Shown: positions 60,083 through 64,000 of the stretch, one piece after another | Position numbering within the stretch: position 1 is the first letter of the stretch | Layout of the letters: each line of letters starts with the position of its first letter | Assembly (NCBI GenBank): GCA_963828195.1 | Contig: CAWHDT010000005.1 | Span: forward strand, 768,001 to 832,000 | From: Candidatus Bathyarchaeota archaeon | Lineage (GTDB): Archaea > Thermoproteota > Bathyarchaeia > Bathyarchaeales > Bathycorpusculaceae | Direction: 5' to 3' | Length of the DNA stretch: 64,000 nucleotides | Made by a program: the position numbers and the translations under genes | Notes under the pieces: model-generated | Told to the model about the DNA's origin: nothing | Databases searched by the model: none | What the model saw: the letters and a program-made list of their open reading frames with translations, nothing else

Positions 60083-61002
60083 CAGGCATGCTTTGGCTTT
60101 CACTCATTATTCTAATTTTGACTTTCGTCACGGTAATGTTAGTAGCCGGCAACAACCTGTCCGCATGCGTTGGCCCCGCCGTAGGCTCTAGGATAATAAG
60201 TAAACGTTTTGGCATGATGCTGGGCGCTGCAGGATTTTCTATAGGGCTCGTTGCTCAAGGCGTTGGAATGACAAAATCCGTAAATGTCCTATTGCCCAAT
60301 GGGGCGTTGCAGTTTCGGGCGGAAGCTTTGCTGGTGGCTATACTAATTTTTGTTATTGCCGACTTAATCAGAGTGCCAGCGTCTATTAGCATGTCGCTTG
60401 TTGGTTTGCTGGCGGGTCTATCTGTTGCAACTGACACATTTACAAACAGTGCGTACGTAGCTAAGGTAGCTGCCATGTGGGTTGCTGCACCAATAATTGC
60501 TATTGTTTTTGCTTTTTACCTTATCAGATTCATAAACCGTGGCTGGCCAAAAAACATTTGGCGCCGACTACAAGCCTACAAAATCTTGCTTATTATCTTA
60601 GCGTTTTCCACTTCATACGTTTTGGGAGCTAACACGCTGGGATTAATAGTTGCCACAGGCGGCTTCAACGTAACCACCGTCATAGCGTCGATTGTTGCAA
60701 TATTTATCGGAACATTCTATTTGAGCGCGGGCGAGATTCGCAGGGTTGCCCAAGAGCTTTTTCTCATGAGGTACCCGAACGCGACAGCAACACTTGTGGT
60801 TTCGACGGTTCTTGTTGAGGTAGCTACGCTTTTTAATATCCCCCTTTCAAACACGCAAGCCTTGGCTTCTGCAGTTTTTGGAACAGGCATATCCTACAAG
60901 TCCAAGCTCGTCTCAGTTAAGCCGTTTCTGCTAATAGCGTTAAGCTGGGTAATTATTCCAGTGCTAAGCTTCACACTAGGGTTGATCATAGGTAAGTTTT
61001 AG
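60079..61002 (+). CDS. Inorganic phosphate transporter, PiT family
   Basis: AGNNLS, LGANTLG, IPLSNTQ; multi-TM. Confidence 0.82.
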   Translation: MTGMLWLSLIILILTFVTVMLVAGNNLSACVGPAVGSRIISKRFGMMLGAAGFSIGLVAQGVGMTKSVNVLLPNGALQFRAEALLVAILIFVIADLIRVPASISMSLVGLLAGLSVATDTFTNSAYVAKVAAMWVAAPIIAIVFAFYLIRFINRGWPKNIWRRLQAYKILLIILAFSTSYVLGANTLGLIVATGGFNVTTVIASIVAIFIGTFYLSAGEIRRVAQELFLMRYPNATATLVVSTVLVEVATLFNIPLSNTQALASAVFGTGISYKSKLVSVKPFLLIALSWVIIPVLSFTLGLIIGKF

Positions 61003-61266
61003 CAGGGTTTTGCTATCTTGCTTAGTATGTATGTTTATGCTTTTACCATTCTAATTTAAATTTGTAAAAAGTGCCTATGCTTCTTTTTGAAACAGCCTTG
61101 AAAGCAACAACAACAATCTTGCAGCAAAAATTTTCTTTTGCATCATTTTAGTTATTATATCATCAAAGTGCTAGATCGATGTCTGGCTCAATTCATCCAT
61201 GGTGTCTTCAACAATTATGCTCAACGCTCACCTATGCATGAAACTATGAAAATAAGGAAAAATTGT

Positions 61267-61638
61267 TCAATATGTCGCGTAATTGGCATTATTAGCCGAC
61301 ACTGTGATGAACTGCGGGGTATGCAAACTGCGTTTTTTAGTTTTTAAGATAATCGGGGTATCTTGCGGATAAAGCATTGCCGTGAGATTTATCCATGCTT
61401 GAATAAATTTTTGTCCTTCTTTGGTTGTAAGGTACTTTTTTGTGCCAGGTTGAAGTTCCAAAAGATTTGATACTTGAAGCTGCAAAAGATAGCTCTCAAG
61501 CAACTTGAAACTTGTGTTTGTGCTTCGCAAAATGTAGGTTTTTGCCTGGGGCATTTTACATAGTTCAAGAATATCGTTTAATACCTGTAGATGGTTTCTT
61601 CGATTTTCAAAAATTAAAGCTCTTTTCAAGCGCTCCAC
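61267..61638 (-). CDS. Winged-helix DNA-binding protein (COG3432-like)
   Basis: RRNHLQVLNDILELC...KTYILRSTN.SF...YL.TKEGQKF. Confidence 0.75.
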   Translation of the reverse strand: MERLKRALIFENRRNHLQVLNDILELCKMPQAKTYILRSTNTSFKLLESYLLQLQVSNLLELQPGTKKYLTTKEGQKFIQAWINLTAMLYPQDTPIILKTKKRSLHTPQFITVSANNANYATY

Positions 61639-61712
61639 CGCTTAGATGATATCCATTCGGTAATATGCTTGAAGTTGCTCTTAAGCTTTATTCCTAAATC
61701 TTAAGCGTTAAT

Positions 61713-62012
61713 TTATCTGCGTTTAAATGCTTTCCACGCAAAAAACGTTACTGCGGAGATTAGAAATGCTGAGTCCAGCATGTTTGGGAATGACGGAAAG
61801 TAAACCCATTGATTAAAAAACGTTACGAATTTCAGAGCTATACCGATTGTTCCGCATAAGAACATTATCATCATGCAATCTTGGAAGAGTTGACTTCGGT
61901 TGTTATGAATTGCTTTCATGTTATTGTCCCCGACCAAGGCAATATTCGCTGTGTTTTCTTTAAGAACTTTATGGATATTCCCTAATGATTGCGGGTCTGC
62001 TTTTGCCATCAA
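61713..62012 (-). CDS. Hypothetical membrane protein
   Basis: Two C-terminal hydrophobic helices; immediately follows the KaiC-like gene. Confidence 0.5.
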   Translation of the reverse strand: MMAKADPQSLGNIHKVLKENTANIALVGDNNMKAIHNNRSQLFQDCMMIMFLCGTIGIALKFVTFFNQWVYFPSFPNMLDSAFLISAVTFFAWKAFKRR

Positions 62013-62017
62013 AAAGG

Positions 62018-62668
62018 TTAAGTTATTCTGGTCGCTGTTTCGATGACAAACCCTTTTTTACCTATTGTGTAAGGTAGGCTTCTTGAGGGGACAAAGGCGC
62101 CTTTCATCTTTTTTACCATAATATCCTGATGCGTGGAATCTGTCGTCCATGTAGTGTTGAATAAGATGACGCCGTCAGAGAAATGCTGCATAGCAGTTTC
62201 AGCTTTTGGATCCTGCATCCCCTCAGTGAGCAGCAGCAAATGGTATTCTTCGCTGTCTTTGTTTTGTCGGGACATAGCCGTGAGCAGGCTGATGGCTTCT
62301 CCGATTTTTCGGCTTAAGAGCACTTCGGAAATGGAGTCAATAACGACTGTTCGATGCTCCCCCATTTCTTTAATGACAGCTTCTACCAGATCATGAGATT
62401 TCGCTAAGGTCTCAAATTTCCAGTTTCCAGTGGCTTCCAGCGGCGCTATATCCCAGTTGAAGGCGGCCATATCTGCTTTCACGCTGTCTGAAGTTTCGTT
62501 TACCGTAAAGTAGGTTACTCCGATCTGCTTTGCTCGGGCATAGGCGATTTGGCGGGCAAAAACTTCATTTCCCGACCCAGGCAACCCTGTTAAAAGTAAT
62601 ATTTTCGGCGGCAGACCTCCAGTTAAGAATTCGTCGAGACCTGCTATTCCTGTTTTTACAAGTTTCAT
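62018..62668 (-). CDS. Single-domain KaiC/RAD55-like ATPase with degenerate Walker A
   Basis: VKTGIAGLDEFLTGGLP, GLPGSGNE, VVIDSI, DGVI, VKKMKG. Confidence 0.85.
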   Translation of the reverse strand: MKLVKTGIAGLDEFLTGGLPPKILLLTGLPGSGNEVFARQIAYARAKQIGVTYFTVNETSDSVKADMAAFNWDIAPLEATGNWKFETLAKSHDLVEAVIKEMGEHRTVVIDSISEVLLSRKIGEAISLLTAMSRQNKDSEEYHLLLLTEGMQDPKAETAMQHFSDGVILFNTTWTTDSTHQDIMVKKMKGAFVPSRSLPYTIGKKGFVIETATRIT

Positions 62669-62896
62669 GCTTGATTTCCTTCTCGAGTTTTTAATGACTC
62701 ATTTTTGCATCTTTTTAAGTCAACTTGGCAAAATCATCTTGCTCTTTTAAAACTTTGTGTAGTTACCAGTTTAGCGTTGACTCTTCTAGAGCAATGATTC
62801 GTTATCTGCCTTATAATAATTTATGTGGAAGATTGTTGCATATCGCTTTTTAAGCAAGCGCCCGATAGTTTCCTTAAGAAAGGAGTGCTTTCTTAA

Positions 62897-63322
62897 ATGA
62901 TTTTTAGGAAATTTCGTAAAAATTTAAAAGCGATTTCGCCAATAATTTCGGTGCTACTAATGATTGCCATTGCAGTCGTAGCCTCACTCGTAGTATACGC
63001 ATGGGTAATGGGCTACATAGGCTACCAAACCGGCAAGACAGGAGATTCGGTACAAATACAGAGCGTTAACATGGCTGGTGACAGTCTTACTACCGTATAT
63101 CTTCAGAACGTTGGAAGTACTACAGTAACAGTCAACCCTTTCGTATTCGTTAACGGAGTAGAATATACGGCAACACTTACTCCTGCTGGCGCATTAAATG
63201 AGGGATCTACTCAAGCAATCACTTTGACCACACCACTTGCGCTAACAAGCGGGCAGATGTATACAATTAAAGCAACCGTCACAGGCGGAACATACGGCCA
63301 AATAACACAACAGGCACCATAA
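62897..63322 (+). CDS. Archaeal type IV pilin/archaellin-like protein
   Basis: Class III signal peptide RKNLKA|ISPIISVLLMIAIAVV; YLQNVG. Confidence 0.9.
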   Translation: MIFRKFRKNLKAISPIISVLLMIAIAVVASLVVYAWVMGYIGYQTGKTGDSVQIQSVNMAGDSLTTVYLQNVGSTTVTVNPFVFVNGVEYTATLTPAGALNEGSTQAITLTTPLALTSGQMYTIKATVTGGTYGQITQQAP

Positions 63323-63339
63323 AAAGTTTTTAAAAACGC

Positions 63340-63368
63340 TTTCTATTTTCTATCCCTTTTCTTTTTTA
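63340..63368 (+). terminator. Probable oligo-T terminator after pilin
   Basis: T-rich run TTTCTATTTTCTATCCCTTTTCTTTTTT just after the stop codon. Confidence 0.4.
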
Positions 63369-63397
63369 GTTTACAGCATAAATGAAGATTGATGTTT

Positions 63398-64000
63398 ATG
63401 GTACTTAACAAACAAATAAAATTCTTTAACCGAAAGAAGTCTTCAAGTGTTACACAGAGCACGGTCATCGAAGATAATGTCGTGGAGACTTCTGTTTTTT
63501 CGAGCTTAACTGACGGCGCGTCTGGAGCAGAAGTGCAAGCTCCAATTAAAGATGTTACTGTGCTGGAAAGTTACATGCTTAACGCGCCTTACGCTTCTGT
63601 TCAAGTTACACGAGACATTGTTGGAGGCAACGTCAATTATGTTGTGGAAGAACCGAAACTCAGCAAAACTGACCTCGCAAGTCTCGAGCGCTTGAAAGGA
63701 ATTTTAAACGAAACATTAGAGTTTAGACCAAAGGAACTGCAATCAAAGCAGGCCGCTGGAGAATATCTGGTGAAAAAGAGCAATGAAATATTCGATGACT
63801 ACCATTTCAAGTTACCCCCAGACACTAAAGGCAAGTTGCTCTATCATGTTCTCAAAGACAATCTTGGTTTCGGGAAAATAGATGCGTTAATGCATGATCC
63901 GTTAATCGAAGATATTTCCTGCGATGGAGTTAACGTGCCCATTTATATTTGGCACCGAAAATTCGAATCCATTCCGACAAACGTTCTTTTTGAAACCGCT
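63398..64000 (+). CDS. Type II/IV secretion (FlaI/TadA-like) assembly ATPase, 3'-truncated by window edge
   Basis: Hand translation: APYASVQV...YVVEEP...GFGKIDALMHDPLIEDISCDGVNVPIYIWHRKFESIPTNV. Confidence 0.9.
   Translation, partial: MVLNKQIKFFNRKKSSSVTQSTVIEDNVVETSVFSSLTDGASGAEVQAPIKDVTVLESYMLNAPYASVQVTRDIVGGNVNYVVEEPKLSKTDLASLERLKGILNETLEFRPKELQSKQAAGEYLVKKSNEIFDDYHFKLPPDTKGKLLYHVLKDNLGFGKIDALMHDPLIEDISCDGVNVPIYIWHRKFESIPTNVLFETA

Noticed and set aside
1-64000. Genome-wide TGA or TAA reassignment
   Set aside because: Core genes end at expected lengths with TGA (gatD, gatE, pfdA) and TAA (tbp, rps30e), often overlapping the next start.
1-64000. CRISPR array, tRNA, rRNA, transposase or integrase
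   Set aside because: No regularly spaced direct repeats, cloverleaf motifs or recombinase motifs recognised by eye. Intron-containing tRNAs or small RNAs could have been missed.

Overview
Archaeal chromosomal window, most consistent with Bathyarchaeia/TACK (inferred from tbp, the eIF6-rpl18a-pfdA-ftsY operon, rps30e, elp3-gatD-gatE, Sm protein, RIO2, an archaeal type IV pilin and frequent TTG starts). Housekeeping blocks alternate with accessory genes for glycogen/glycolysis, transport, redox and signalling. I recognised no rRNA, tRNA, CRISPR array or transposase. Most notable: (1) a dispersed ~110-120 bp non-coding intergenic repeat in at least three copies (14.6, 47.9, 52.4 kb), plus a related GAA/TTC hairpin element; (2) three genes interrupted by single in-frame stops whose reading frames continue convincingly: a CDGSH Fe-S protein (CPSG*L), a ~2100-aa CheB-CheR-PAS-GAF-histidine kinase (also with a frameshift and no canonical start), and a secreted LamG-like protein; (3) an alpha-glucan phosphorylase fused to an N-terminal YHS/TRASH metal-binding domain; (4) soluble and membrane-anchored Zn-ribbon paralogs flanking an HTH regulator ahead of an ABC exporter; (5) a DUF5678-like/retropepsin two-gene cassette. 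All product calls come from motif recognition only; no searches were run.
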